Shown here: piece after piece, positions 29,120 through 39,354 of the stretch | Layout of the letters: each line of letters begins with the position of its first letter | Numbering within the stretch: position 1 is the first letter of the stretch | Source: a virus | Taxonomy: Duplodnaviria; Caudoviricetes | Virus record (IMG/VR): IMGVR_UViG_3300043434_000734 | Span: 149,707 to 213,706 of that record | DNA: 64,000 bases | Reading direction: 5' to 3' (one strand) | Made by a program: the position numbers and the translations under genes | The notes under the pieces: generated by a model | Seen by the model: the letters and a program-made list of their open reading frames with translations, nothing else | What the model was told of the DNA's origin: nothing | Database searches by the model: none

Positions 29120-29920
29120 ATGAACAGAAGAATTTCAGTTACCACTGGTTCAGCCGTACCACAATCTTTCGTTACCAAAGGTAAACAAAGATTAAAACAG
29201 CACATTGACGCCGTATATCTTAATAACGGTGATGAGTTCGAAATCGAACTTTTTAATCCAACACACAATAAAGTTTTAGCCAAAATCGAGATGAATGGTA
29301 ATTCCATCGGTACGGGTATTATACTTCGTCCTGGTGAACGTGTATTCCTTGAAAGGTACCTTGATGAGGCAAAGAAGTTTTTGTTTGAAACGTACACCGT
29401 AAATGGAAATAACGAGGAAGTTCAACAAGCCATCGCAAACAATGGAGATGTGACCGTTAAATTCTACGATGAAGTTATTTTACCCACACGTACAATTTAT
29501 AATGGAAATAATACCACATTAACCGTCAATAACCCATTTACATACACAACACATAATACTGGTACATATGTCCCAACAAGTTTTACTACAACAGGAACAA
29601 ATGCGACTTATTTTTCCAATTCATCATTAACAAGTGGTACGTTTAGTACTTCAAATACTATCTTAAAAACTAGTTCGACAAGTCCAAAAAGACAGGTTGA
29701 GACGGGTAGAGTTGAAAGGGGTTCCAATTCTGACCAATCTTTTACATATGATAATTCATCATTCAGAAGTTATCCATCAGTAACAAATTGGTGGAAGATT
29801 AAACCTCAATCAACAAAACCTTTGGTAAGAGAAGATTTAGTGACTTACTGTACAGAGTGTGGTTCTAAAAAGAAAAAAGACACACATAAGTTCTGTCCAC
29901 ATTGTGGAACAAAATTTTAA
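29120..29920 (+). CDS. hypothetical protein with Thr/Ser-rich linker and C-terminal zinc ribbon
   Basis: CTECG...FCPHCG; start moved to ATG 29120. Confidence 0.75.
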   Translation: MNRRISVTTGSAVPQSFVTKGKQRLKQHIDAVYLNNGDEFEIELFNPTHNKVLAKIEMNGNSIGTGIILRPGERVFLERYLDEAKKFLFETYTVNGNNEEVQQAIANNGDVTVKFYDEVILPTRTIYNGNNTTLTVNNPFTYTTHNTGTYVPTSFTTTGTNATYFSNSSLTSGTFSTSNTILKTSSTSPKRQVETGRVERGSNSDQSFTYDNSSFRSYPSVTNWWKIKPQSTKPLVREDLVTYCTECGSKKKKDTHKFCPHCGTKF

Positions 29921-29970
29921 TAATAAACTAATCACAAGGTCATAAAAGGGAAACAATTAGTTTCCCTTTT

Positions 29971-30183
29971 TTAATAATATCTTTTTTTTATTGATTTACT
30001 GAAAAATACCGAAAAATCCCCCACCATTTTTTCTTTAACCTCGTGTATATGTTCGTAACATTTATCACATAATAAAACTTTAAATGAATATAAGTTAAAG
30101 TCGTTATCTAAAACCTTATAGATTTCTTTCTTTTCAAATGGGTTATTACATCCCCGAGAGTCACATATCTTTGTCATAAGCAT
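29971..30183 (-). CDS. small Cys-containing hypothetical protein
   Basis: CDSRGC...CDKC. Confidence 0.6.
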   Translation of the reverse strand: MLMTKICDSRGCNNPFEKKEIYKVLDNDFNLYSFKVLLCDKCYEHIHEVKEKMVGDFSVFFSKSIKKRYY

Positions 30184-30218
30184 AAAAAAACCTCGATAGT
30201 ACGAGGTTTAAAAAATTA

Positions 30219-30665
30219 TTAATTATGTTTCCCACACCAAGGACAAATTGGTAAAGACTTCTTTTTCTTGTGCGTTGTCTGAGTGTATAATTTTTTACAA
30301 GCTTTACACTTCAAGAATTTGGCGTCTTTATTTAAGTCATCGATGCTTTTAACTTGTTTATCTGTAAGTGAACCTAATCTAATTTCATCATTTTCTTCTA
30401 ATCTATCCGTTACTTTAAATCTAAGTGGATTTGACAATCTTTCAGGTTTACTAAATAATCTTTTTTTTCGTGTAAATGCAAAACTCCGACTTCTTTCATC
30501 TATTTCTTCCTCTTTATTGACGTGTCCACATTTGTGACAAGTAAAAGAGTCGTCACCCCCGTCCGACAAGTCCCACCCCCAACCGCATTTTTCACATTGA
30601 ATCTTTTCAGATTTAATTGATTTTTTTAGAATGCCCAATTGACTCTCTGTCAAGATTATTTTCAT
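30219..30665 (-). CDS. TExQ-leader protein with two zinc ribbons
   Basis: MKIILTESQL; CEKC/CHKC and CKAC/CPWC. Confidence 0.75.
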   Translation of the reverse strand: MKIILTESQLGILKKSIKSEKIQCEKCGWGWDLSDGGDDSFTCHKCGHVNKEEEIDERSRSFAFTRKKRLFSKPERLSNPLRFKVTDRLEENDEIRLGSLTDKQVKSIDDLNKDAKFLKCKACKKLYTQTTHKKKKSLPICPWCGKHN

Positions 30666-30710
30666 ACGGATTTCTTGTTTATTATAAATATTTCAGTTAT
30701 ATTTAAAATT

Positions 30711-32204
30711 ATGAGTTGGAGAAAATTCGATACTATATACGTAAATGGTTGTTCCCATACCGCGGGTGGTGGTCTATATGACGTCGGCACCAAAGATTTA
30801 TATAAAGAACTTTATAATTTGGAATGGGAGACTGAAAGAGAGATCAATTATCCACGATTATTATCTAACCACTTCAACTGTAGTTTAGTTGATGATTCAA
30901 GATGTGGTTCGGGAGCGCCGAGATTGGTGAGGAAAACATTCGAATATATCTTTAAAGTTGGGTTAGAAAGGGCAAAAAAAACTTTATTTATTTTTCAAAT
31001 CAACACACCAGTACATAGGTTGGAGTATTATTGTTCGGAAATTAATGACTATCTGATTGTTAACGTACAATATGAAAATGACGGATCATTCAAATATGTT
31101 ACCGCAGTTGACAGCCACTCACCAAATGAACAAATTAATAATCCTAAATTTTATGAGGGTAAAATAACTGAGAATATTAAAGAACAATTAAAGAATTATC
31201 ACAATCCATTTACGTACTTAGATAAAATACATAACGAAGTTGTTGGTCTTTTTTCTTATCTTGAATTACACGGAATTGAATATTTTTTTGGGTTCGACAC
31301 TGGAAACATTATGAAGCCGGTTAATGAGGATAGAAGGATTAACATCGAGGGGGACCAAAGTATCATTGAATATTGTACTAGAAAAAAATTAAGAATTTGT
31401 GAAGAAACGAACAATCGAAATATAGACGGTCATCCAGGGTATTTTGGTAATAAAGAATATTCTGAAAAATTAATTACGTTTTTGGAACAAAAACTTAAAC
31501 CAACCATTTGGGTATTTGGGGATTCATATTCATCACCGTCTAAACCACCTTACGATGAAACACATCATCTTTATTCAAATGATTTTAGGGTTAAGTATTC
31601 GAAAATTAAAGGTTATTACCCAAAACATTATCCTGAAATTTTATCTGAAAATTTAAATTGTGATTTAATTAATTTAGCTGTACCATCCACCTCTAATGAT
31701 CAAATATTTCACAGTTACGTTGAAAACATCGACAAAATTAAACCTAACGATATTTTGATTTTTGGATGGACGTATGTGTCTAGGTATAATTTAGCAAATA
31801 GGGACAACGAATTAGAGAATATTAATATTAATAGAGAAGGTTTAAACACGATTGACGATTTCACAAGTAATCAATCTATTAATGAAATTTTATTAAATAG
31901 GGGGTCACATACCATATTTTATAAATGGGTCATTAACTACATAAAAAGTGTTAATAAAACATTTGAAAAAAATATAGTTTTACATTTTGATTTTTTTCCT
32001 CACGGTAACATAGATAATTACGTCCAAGAATATTTGAGTTTGCTAACTCCTCGTAAAAAAACATATCAAACAATATCGGATGATATTGGTAGAGGAACTG
32101 ATATTCATTATTCAGAAGCTGGTCATCTTAATTTTGCTGACGACATTACTAAAGTCATTTTGGGTAAGTTAGAGACCGGTAAGAAAAGTCAAAACATTAT
32201 TTAA
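30711..32204 (+). CDS. tandem SGNH/GDSL-like domain protein
   Basis: VNGCSHT...GHPGYFGN and VFGDSYS...HYSEAGH; start moved to ATG 30711. Confidence 0.6.
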   Translation: MSWRKFDTIYVNGCSHTAGGGLYDVGTKDLYKELYNLEWETEREINYPRLLSNHFNCSLVDDSRCGSGAPRLVRKTFEYIFKVGLERAKKTLFIFQINTPVHRLEYYCSEINDYLIVNVQYENDGSFKYVTAVDSHSPNEQINNPKFYEGKITENIKEQLKNYHNPFTYLDKIHNEVVGLFSYLELHGIEYFFGFDTGNIMKPVNEDRRINIEGDQSIIEYCTRKKLRICEETNNRNIDGHPGYFGNKEYSEKLITFLEQKLKPTIWVFGDSYSSPSKPPYDETHHLYSNDFRVKYSKIKGYYPKHYPEILSENLNCDLINLAVPSTSNDQIFHSYVENIDKIKPNDILIFGWTYVSRYNLANRDNELENININREGLNTIDDFTSNQSINEILLNRGSHTIFYKWVINYIKSVNKTFEKNIVLHFDFFPHGNIDNYVQEYLSLLTPRKKTYQTISDDIGRGTDIHYSEAGHLNFADDITKVILGKLETGKKSQNII

Positions 32205-33503
32205 ATTTTTTGTGTGGTTGGTTTCATCGTATTTTAAAAATAAATCTTGATTATGTAGACATATGTCTTTAACATTTTCTAAAAATAAGATTTTTTCGCT
32301 TTTTGTTTTTTTACTGAATTTTTCTATTTCAGTTTCTATCATTTTAATTCGTTTAATGTCATTTAACTCATTGTCGTACGATTCATCAATATACGGGTGA
32401 AACGTTTTAAAACCATAACTTTCTTTGATGTGTTTTAATGATTGTGACGGACCTGCCAATATAAACGGTTGACAATGGCCAACAGGTTTCCAAATTTTTT
32501 CTGATAAAAATCCCGTATGAAAATCACTATCCTCTTGAAAAAAAATGGATTCAGTTACTAAACTCATATATGTGTTCAAATACATCTCCTTATCCTCAAA
32601 CCCAATCCCCGATACATTAACTAAATCTTCAACATCGATATATTTTGATGTGTTAATAAGTAAATCGATAAACTCCTCATTATTATCGTGTTCTTTTAAG
32701 TCCTCAATAAATGTGTGATTGTAATAACTTTTTTCCCAAGAGACCATATTATTATCTAACCCCAATCTGTGTAATTTATTCAATAAAAAAATACGATGTT
32801 TTTTCCAATGTCTAGTCAATAACAAAAAATCTTTTTTTTCTGACCCGAGTCTATTGATGAATTCATCTTTTGTTACAATTGTGGAATTATTGTCATTTTT
32901 TAAGATTGTTTTGTTAAATTCGTGTGATTTATAACGTAGGTAAAAATTATAGTCCATAACATTATAATTGACACCCATTTTTTTTAAATTATCTTTTAAT
33001 TTAAAATCAGAAAAAATTAAATAAACTTTCTCATCAGGTATATCATTTTGACGAGTAAAGTTGATTAAGGTATTAAAATTTTCGGTGTTTATACCCAACC
33101 CTCCATCTATTACGTAATTAATTAATAATTTACCGTTAAAATTTACAATTTCATTTATAGCACTTTCGGATATAAAATTCATAATAAATTTATTGTGAAT
33201 CGGGTGTTTACCAAAAAATAAGTCAAAACCTGAATGTGGTTCAATAATATAAAACCAATCGTAATTTATGTTTTTTTCCCTATCTTTTATTATCTCATAT
33301 ATTGATTTATTAATTGATATGTTTCCATATTCACGACTATTAAACACCGCATAATCAACCCCCCATTCTTTTGTGAAGTCTTGACCACATTTTGAATAGT
33401 TAAATTTTGACGATTCGTACAATGAAGGTAAAAATTTTGGGTCTAAACAATTCGGTATGACCCCGTTTGCAGTGACAATATCGTAACCAAAAATTATTTT
33501 CAT
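32169..33503 (-). CDS. putative GT-B glycosyltransferase-like protein
   Basis: SLVTES...LSEKIWKP...PFILAG...GFKTF, loosely GT10-like. Confidence 0.45.
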   Translation of the reverse strand: MKIIFGYDIVTANGVIPNCLDPKFLPSLYESSKFNYSKCGQDFTKEWGVDYAVFNSREYGNISINKSIYEIIKDREKNINYDWFYIIEPHSGFDLFFGKHPIHNKFIMNFISESAINEIVNFNGKLLINYVIDGGLGINTENFNTLINFTRQNDIPDEKVYLIFSDFKLKDNLKKMGVNYNVMDYNFYLRYKSHEFNKTILKNDNNSTIVTKDEFINRLGSEKKDFLLLTRHWKKHRIFLLNKLHRLGLDNNMVSWEKSYYNHTFIEDLKEHDNNEEFIDLLINTSKYIDVEDLVNVSGIGFEDKEMYLNTYMSLVTESIFFQEDSDFHTGFLSEKIWKPVGHCQPFILAGPSQSLKHIKESYGFKTFHPYIDESYDNELNDIKRIKMIETEIEKFSKKTKSEKILFLENVKDICLHNQDLFLKYDETNHTKNLNNVLTFLTGL

Positions 33504-33563
33504 ATCTAAGTAAAAGTAAGTATAAACTATTTCTTTTTAAAGATTTAAATTCTATATTTTAAT

Positions 33564-34355
33564 ATGAAAATAACTGTAATTGGAGAATTATGTACTGACA
33601 TTTTCGTTTATGGTGAAACTAAACGATTAAGTCCTGAGGCACCCGTACCCGTGTTCAATCCATTATTTACCGAAGAAAATCCAGGTATGGCAGGTAATGT
33701 GGTTGAAAATCTAAAACCGATGGGTTTGGATGTTCAAATCAATTTCATTCACCAAACTAAAAACATAACTAAAACTCGTTATGTTGACTATAAGTCAAAT
33801 CATATGTTTATCAGGGTTGATGATGGGGAAGATTCTATTGATGAATTAATTTTAACAGACGAAATCATTCGACAGATAAAAGATTCTGATGCCGTAATTG
33901 TGAGTGATTATAATAAAGGGTTTTTAACTGAGAAAACACTAAGATTGATTACGGACAATTCTAAGTTTTCCATAATGGACACTAAGAAGAAAATAACCAC
34001 CGATATATTAGAGTATTTTGATTTTGTCAAATTAAACGAATCGGAATTTAATAAACACGATTTTAACCGACATTGGTTAAATCGTATAATTGTAACATTA
34101 GGTTCTAAAGGGGCAAAATATATTGATGAGATTTTCCCTTCGCCCGACCCTAAAGAAACAATTGATGTTAGTGGTGCCGGTGATACATTTACAGCATCAT
34201 TCACATTAAAATACTTAGAAACTAAAGACATAAAACAATCAATAATTTATGCTAATAAAATGGCATCTATTGTTGTATCAAAAAGAGGAGTAACAACACC
34301 GTGGAAAAAGCAATTATCACTGGAACAAAGGGATTTGTTGCCAAAAATTTATTAA
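33564..34355 (+). CDS. hldE: heptose-7-phosphate kinase (HldE/RfaE kinase domain, PfkB family)
   Basis: RLSPEAPVPV, AGNV, SDYNKG, DVSGAGDT. Confidence 0.88.
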   Translation: MKITVIGELCTDIFVYGETKRLSPEAPVPVFNPLFTEENPGMAGNVVENLKPMGLDVQINFIHQTKNITKTRYVDYKSNHMFIRVDDGEDSIDELILTDEIIRQIKDSDAVIVSDYNKGFLTEKTLRLITDNSKFSIMDTKKKITTDILEYFDFVKLNESEFNKHDFNRHWLNRIIVTLGSKGAKYIDEIFPSPDPKETIDVSGAGDTFTASFTLKYLETKDIKQSIIYANKMASIVVSKRGVTTPWKKQLSLEQRDLLPKIY

Positions 34356-35116
34356 ACGAAATAAAAGATAAATTCGAAGTTTTAGAAATTAACGAAGATA
34401 TTTTTGATAATCCGAAATGGTACGATGAAATTTTATTCATACTAAATGAGTTTCTACCGGATGTGATATTTCACGTCGGGGCTTGTTCTGATACGTTAGA
34501 AACCGACGTTAACTATATGATGACGAGGAATTACGAATTTACTCGTTGTTTGTCCGAGTGGTCGAATTCACTTAATAAAAAATTAATTTACTCATCATCA
34601 GCCGCCAACTACGGTATCAACGGTGTTTATCCATCTAATCTTTATGGATGGAGTAAATATGTTGCGGAACAATTGGTTATTAAAAATGGCGGAATCGGAT
34701 TAAGATACTTCAATGTGTACGGTCCATTAGAGGACCATAAAGGTAGAATGGCCTCGGTTGCGTATCAAATGTTAGAAAAACAAAAAAAAGGTCAGGAAAT
34801 CAAACTATACCCCCTTAAACCACACCGCGATTTTGTTTACGTGAAAGATGTTGTCGATGCTAATCTTTTTGCTTATGAATTCTACAACCAACATTCAGGT
34901 GATTGGTATGAAGTGGGTAGTGGGGAATCAAGAACATTTGAGGATGTTTTGGATATTTTAAAAATTGATTACACCTACTTTGATGAAAAAGACATCCCTA
35001 AAGGTTATCAGTTTAACACTAAAAGCAAGTCAATGCATTGGATGTTGGAGTGGGAGCCGAAATGGAATTTAGAAAATGGGTTGAGGGATTATATGGATTT
35101 TCTACGAACCAAATAA
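34301..35116 (+). CDS. hldD: ADP-L-glycero-D-manno-heptose 6-epimerase
   Basis: GACSDT, YSSSAANYG, LYGWSK, LRYFNVYGP, HKGRMAS, RDFVYVKD; GTG start. Confidence 0.88.
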   Translation: MEKAIITGTKGFVAKNLLNEIKDKFEVLEINEDIFDNPKWYDEILFILNEFLPDVIFHVGACSDTLETDVNYMMTRNYEFTRCLSEWSNSLNKKLIYSSSAANYGINGVYPSNLYGWSKYVAEQLVIKNGGIGLRYFNVYGPLEDHKGRMASVAYQMLEKQKKGQEIKLYPLKPHRDFVYVKDVVDANLFAYEFYNQHSGDWYEVGSGESRTFEDVLDILKIDYTYFDEKDIPKGYQFNTKSKSMHWMLEWEPKWNLENGLRDYMDFLRTK

Positions 35117-35719
35117 ATTAAGTTCGTCGGATCTTCTTTTAACTAACCCTTGTGAAATACCACTACCGTCCATTCTAAATTCAGACCAATTTCTTCTTAA
35201 TGATTTAAGATTACCCGAATTTATATCTTCTAAAAGTTTTGAATTAATAAATCGTTTTCTACCAATGTTGTATATTAACGACACTAATGCATCAAATTCA
35301 TTTTGAGTTAGTGGTACTTTGACATATTCGTTTATTGCACTTACGGCAATTTTATTTATATCGTTTTTTAATATTTGTAAAGCGGTTGGTTCACTCACTC
35401 GTTTGTTCTCTAATTCGGGGTGAAAATCAATTCTAGTGCCATAACCAATTGTTTTCTTACCACTTGGACATATATATGTGGTTGGGCTAAACTTCTCAAA
35501 TTTCTTAATCATATCAACGGCTCTTTGACTAAACGTCTTAGCACTTCTAATTGGGTTTTTATCCAACTGTAAACCTTGTCTTGCACGTTGATTTCTTTCG
35601 AATTCACCACCTTTACCTAAATAATCACTTTTGGGTACATTATCCACTGGTGGGACATACTTAAACTGCTGCTCCTTTATTATTTTTTTTAATTGATTTT
35701 CCGTGATTATGATATTCAT
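35102..35719 (-). CDS. GH24 lysozyme with TExQ leader
   Basis: KKFE...Y...TIGYG, LTQNEFDALVSLIYNIG, GLVKRR. Confidence 0.9.
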   Translation of the reverse strand: MNIIITENQLKKIIKEQQFKYVPPVDNVPKSDYLGKGGEFERNQRARQGLQLDKNPIRSAKTFSQRAVDMIKKFEKFSPTTYICPSGKKTIGYGTRIDFHPELENKRVSEPTALQILKNDINKIAVSAINEYVKVPLTQNEFDALVSLIYNIGRKRFINSKLLEDINSGNLKSLRRNWSEFRMDGSGISQGLVKRRSDELNLFGS

Positions 35720-35738
35720 ACCTTAATAAATACCAATA

Positions 35739-35987
35739 TTATTCAAATGGGACGTAAAGGTTTTTGATTTTTTGGAAAAAGACCAATTCATAACCATCAG
35801 GATTATCCGATTTCATTTTAAATTGCAATTGTCCGTTTTCGTTTTTGTACATTCCGATAAACCCTAAACCATCGCAAGCAATGTCTGATGTGTCACCAGG
35901 TCTCATATTATGTGAAACCTCTTTAATTTCAAACGACGGTTCAACGTCGGAACCTGTCCACTCTTTGTATTCTAATGAAAATGCCAT
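35739..35987 (-). CDS. hypothetical protein, tandem paralog B
   Basis: SLEYKEWTG...CDGLGF...GQL.FKMKS. Confidence 0.8.
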   Translation of the reverse strand: MAFSLEYKEWTGSDVEPSFEIKEVSHNMRPGDTSDIACDGLGFIGMYKNENGQLQFKMKSDNPDGYELVFFQKIKNLYVPFE

Positions 35988-36058
35988 AATGTGTTTTTTT
36001 AAAACATAAACAAAAAACCCCTCATTGTGGAGGGGTTTTTAAAATTAGTATGTTTTTT

Positions 36059-36325
36059 TTATTCAGTAGGAGGTGTAACGCTGTGTACGTTGTACTTCGA
36101 TAAAATATCAAAATAGGATACAATTTCACTTGGCTCACCGTTAATAGATTTCATTTTAGCTTTTAATTGACCATCTGAGTCCTTCAACAATGCAACGAAA
36201 CCGATTCCGTCACAAGTAAATTCTTTTTCCATATCAGGTCCTAAATTTGAAGAAACTTCAGTAATTGAAAATTCAACATCGACATTCTCTCCTGTCCATT
36301 CTTTGTATTCTAATGAGTATCCCAT
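36059..36325 (-). CDS. hypothetical protein, tandem paralog A
   Basis: SLEYKEWTG...CDGIGF...GQLKAKMKS. Confidence 0.8.
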   Translation of the reverse strand: MGYSLEYKEWTGENVDVEFSITEVSSNLGPDMEKEFTCDGIGFVALLKDSDGQLKAKMKSINGEPSEIVSYFDILSKYNVHSVTPPTE

Positions 36326-36366
36326 AGTATTTTGTTTTTATATAAATATCAAGATAATGTGGAAAA

Positions 36367-37590
36367 TTAATATTTTAAACTTTTCTTTTGGGTGACAGCA
36401 TCATCAAAATTATAAAACAAGTCCCACCAATTGTTAATTTTAGTTGACCCATCAACAATATCATTATTAAAACCTGGTACCGACTGCCACCAAAAAATAA
36501 ACCATTTAGTTTGTGAATCTGTTGAATAATCCACATTACCGGTTAATCCGGCACTTGGGGATATCATACTAATTTTAGTCTCAAATTGGTATTTTTTATT
36601 TAACCACGTATCTACATTTACGTCGACATAGGTCCCACCCGAAGGTTTCCAAGTCATAATATCCGACTTCGCGGGTATTTTATTTGAATAGTCGTAATCT
36701 TTTGTTGAATTAGGACACCAATGTGTATTGCCACCCCTACCTACTTTTGCAAATTGATTACTCCAAGTTGAGTTATCGAAAAACATCATTTGTCTCTCCA
36801 ATTGATGACCTCTATTATGTAAATCGGTATCGACCCCTCTCCAACCATTATCACCATACACCACATACGTTTTATTGTATCTTGGTAAATCGGTCATTTC
36901 ACCACCACCGTTTGACACGTCGTAATAACTTGCCCCTTTTTTTGGTGACATATTGGATTCAGGTACATTGTAACTAAGGTACCCGTGTTCTCTTGGAAAT
37001 GATGTGAACCACACTTCTTTTACCCCTAAAGAGTCAACGTATTTTTCTAAACCGACTCTCCCCATCAATTCATTAAAATCGATATTCCACCAATCTCTTT
37101 TATAATTCGGACTAATTCCAATATAGTTATATTTGACGTCATATACGTTAATGTACGCTACCACATCAATTGTTACATATTGTTTTACGGTGTTCGTGGC
37201 ATAATCTCTAAATTTAGTCCCCTCCTCGATTGCGTTTTTCTCAATTATTTTATCTTTGAGTATTTTTTCTTTTGCTCTTTCTAATGTGTAATAAGGACCC
37301 GTCATATTTTGACCAACAGAGTCTTGTGTCCTATTTCTATCTAATTCGATACCGTCTTTAGTTGGTAAATAATTTATAATAACAATCGGTACCACTATTT
37401 TACCAACATCTAATGATGCCTTTAATCTTGAATCAATCGGAACAATTTCAACACCGGTCGGTATCTTAGGCACTATCGGATTTGAACTTACCGTATCAAT
37501 TTTCCCAACAACCACAGGTTGTGGTTCAATAACCTCCTTAGTACAACCGAATAATAGTATAGATAATACGAGACACTTAAAATTTGTCAT
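36367..37590 (-). CDS. lipoprotein, possible metallopeptidase-like
   Basis: Lipobox LFG-C; HNRGHQLE. Confidence 0.65.
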   Translation of the reverse strand: MTNFKCLVLSILLFGCTKEVIEPQPVVVGKIDTVSSNPIVPKIPTGVEIVPIDSRLKASLDVGKIVVPIVIINYLPTKDGIELDRNRTQDSVGQNMTGPYYTLERAKEKILKDKIIEKNAIEEGTKFRDYATNTVKQYVTIDVVAYINVYDVKYNYIGISPNYKRDWWNIDFNELMGRVGLEKYVDSLGVKEVWFTSFPREHGYLSYNVPESNMSPKKGASYYDVSNGGGEMTDLPRYNKTYVVYGDNGWRGVDTDLHNRGHQLERQMMFFDNSTWSNQFAKVGRGGNTHWCPNSTKDYDYSNKIPAKSDIMTWKPSGGTYVDVNVDTWLNKKYQFETKISMISPSAGLTGNVDYSTDSQTKWFIFWWQSVPGFNNDIVDGSTKINNWWDLFYNFDDAVTQKKSLKY

Positions 37591-37692
37591 AATTTTTTAT
37601 TTATAGGACAAAGATATATGTATATTTAGAATATACCAAAAATATTTTAGTATTTTTTTTATAAATTTTAAAATATATTGAAAATCAGTAAG

Positions 37693-39249
37693 TTACATTC
37701 TAATGTCCCCTAAATAATCATTAAGGATTTCATTAAAATAATCTTCGTTTACGTCAGGTGTCCACCTATCATCAACTCGGAAATTGGGCTTACCGTAATA
37801 ATCACCCATTAATTCATCAAATACACATTCGTAACTATCGTCGCACCTCTCGAAGTAATCATCTAAATCATCTAAATCATCCTCACTAACTCCGTGACCA
37901 TCAATTATTGTCTGTAAATTAATTTTAATGGTTACACCTTCGTCATTTAATTGAGTTACTTCACCATATTCTTCAAGTGCATTTCTTAGTGAATTTTTAT
38001 AGTATACATAATATGAATCATTTTCAGCTGAGGATAATGCATTACCTAAGGCGCTTCTTATTTCATAATTATTATCAAATTCCTGAATTAGTTCATTTAA
38101 AGATTTACCCTCAATCTCATCTGGATTTGTAAACCCCTTTATTAAATCCCAAATAATTTGAATATTCTCATCGTCGGCGTAATATTCTAAAGCCAAACTC
38201 CATTCACCATTACCCTCAAACAAATCAAAATAATCACCACTTAATAACGTTTCAAACATTCCTGTAGATCGTTGATTACCACGACTATCTTTCCATTTTC
38301 TTACCGTCCAATCACCATCAACATAACGTGAAATATATGACGGCTCAATATGTAAATCAAAATACATTTCTTCTTTAGATCTATTGGCAACTAAACCAAT
38401 CTTTTGTAGTGCACGTCTACCTTTTCTACCTTCAAATAAATCAGGTTTCTCTTCGTATATTTCTTTAATCTTTTCCTCGGGTAAATCAGTTAATTGAAAA
38501 TCTTCTTCGGACGCATATTCTGAACCAAACTTCTCAACAATATCACTCATTATAAATGGAATGATATAAGGGTGAGTTTCCGATGTTGGTTTCTTATTAC
38601 GTGGACCCTTCATTTGTAAAAGTACACCGTCATCATTAACTGATGCAGTAACAAAACTTCTATTCTTAGTGAATTTGGTATTTTCTATAGGTGAGGTAAA
38701 CCTCAATGAATAAAGATTACCCGAACTTCTACCACAATGACCCATTCTTTTGGATTCTTCATCACAATCTCTAGTTTCAAGATCCACCCAATAATAACCA
38801 AATCCTTTATCGTTTCTAAAATCAACAACAACAGGATGTTCTTCTTTGTAATCTATTGTAGAATCCCCCACACCTAATTCATCGTGCCATTTTTTAGATT
38901 CGGCAACTAGTTGGTCAAATGTTAAATTTTGATATGGTTTAACATTACCATTTAATCCTACACGAATCCAATCCATAACAGATGTAATGTGTTGTCTTGA
39001 TGTTTGTAATGTATAACCTTGATTTAAATAATTGATTGTATCTTGTCTACTTGTTTCCAACCCTTCTCTTTGTTTTGAGAATTGTATGTGTACAATGTCA
39101 ATTAATTTATTTGCCATAAAAACGGAAAGAGGTCCACATAACGATGTTAAAAAGTCGGCATTCTTCTCACTTAATCCCAACTTTTCAATTAGAACATCTT
39201 TTTTACTGGCTTCAACAATTAAATTATATAGTATGTTGTTAAATTTCAT
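37693..39249 (-). CDS. large protein with PcfJ-like domain
   Basis: ESKRMGHC...YSLR...QMKGPRNKKP; LIVEA leader. Confidence 0.6.
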   Translation of the reverse strand: MKFNNILYNLIVEASKKDVLIEKLGLSEKNADFLTSLCGPLSVFMANKLIDIVHIQFSKQREGLETSRQDTINYLNQGYTLQTSRQHITSVMDWIRVGLNGNVKPYQNLTFDQLVAESKKWHDELGVGDSTIDYKEEHPVVVDFRNDKGFGYYWVDLETRDCDEESKRMGHCGRSSGNLYSLRFTSPIENTKFTKNRSFVTASVNDDGVLLQMKGPRNKKPTSETHPYIIPFIMSDIVEKFGSEYASEEDFQLTDLPEEKIKEIYEEKPDLFEGRKGRRALQKIGLVANRSKEEMYFDLHIEPSYISRYVDGDWTVRKWKDSRGNQRSTGMFETLLSGDYFDLFEGNGEWSLALEYYADDENIQIIWDLIKGFTNPDEIEGKSLNELIQEFDNNYEIRSALGNALSSAENDSYYVYYKNSLRNALEEYGEVTQLNDEGVTIKINLQTIIDGHGVSEDDLDDLDDYFERCDDSYECVFDELMGDYYGKPNFRVDDRWTPDVNEDYFNEILNDYLGDIRM

Positions 39250-39354
39250 ATTCTATAAATATCAAAAAAAAGGATATGAGTAGCGAATTCATATCCTCAA
39301 ACGGGAAAAGTAACTAGTCCCGGTCCTAAGCAGGGTCTTCAAACCCTGGGTATC

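Noticed and set aside
29028-29941. Retron-like a1/a2 arms
   Set aside because: The arms enclose a protein-coding gene and no reverse transcriptase is in the window
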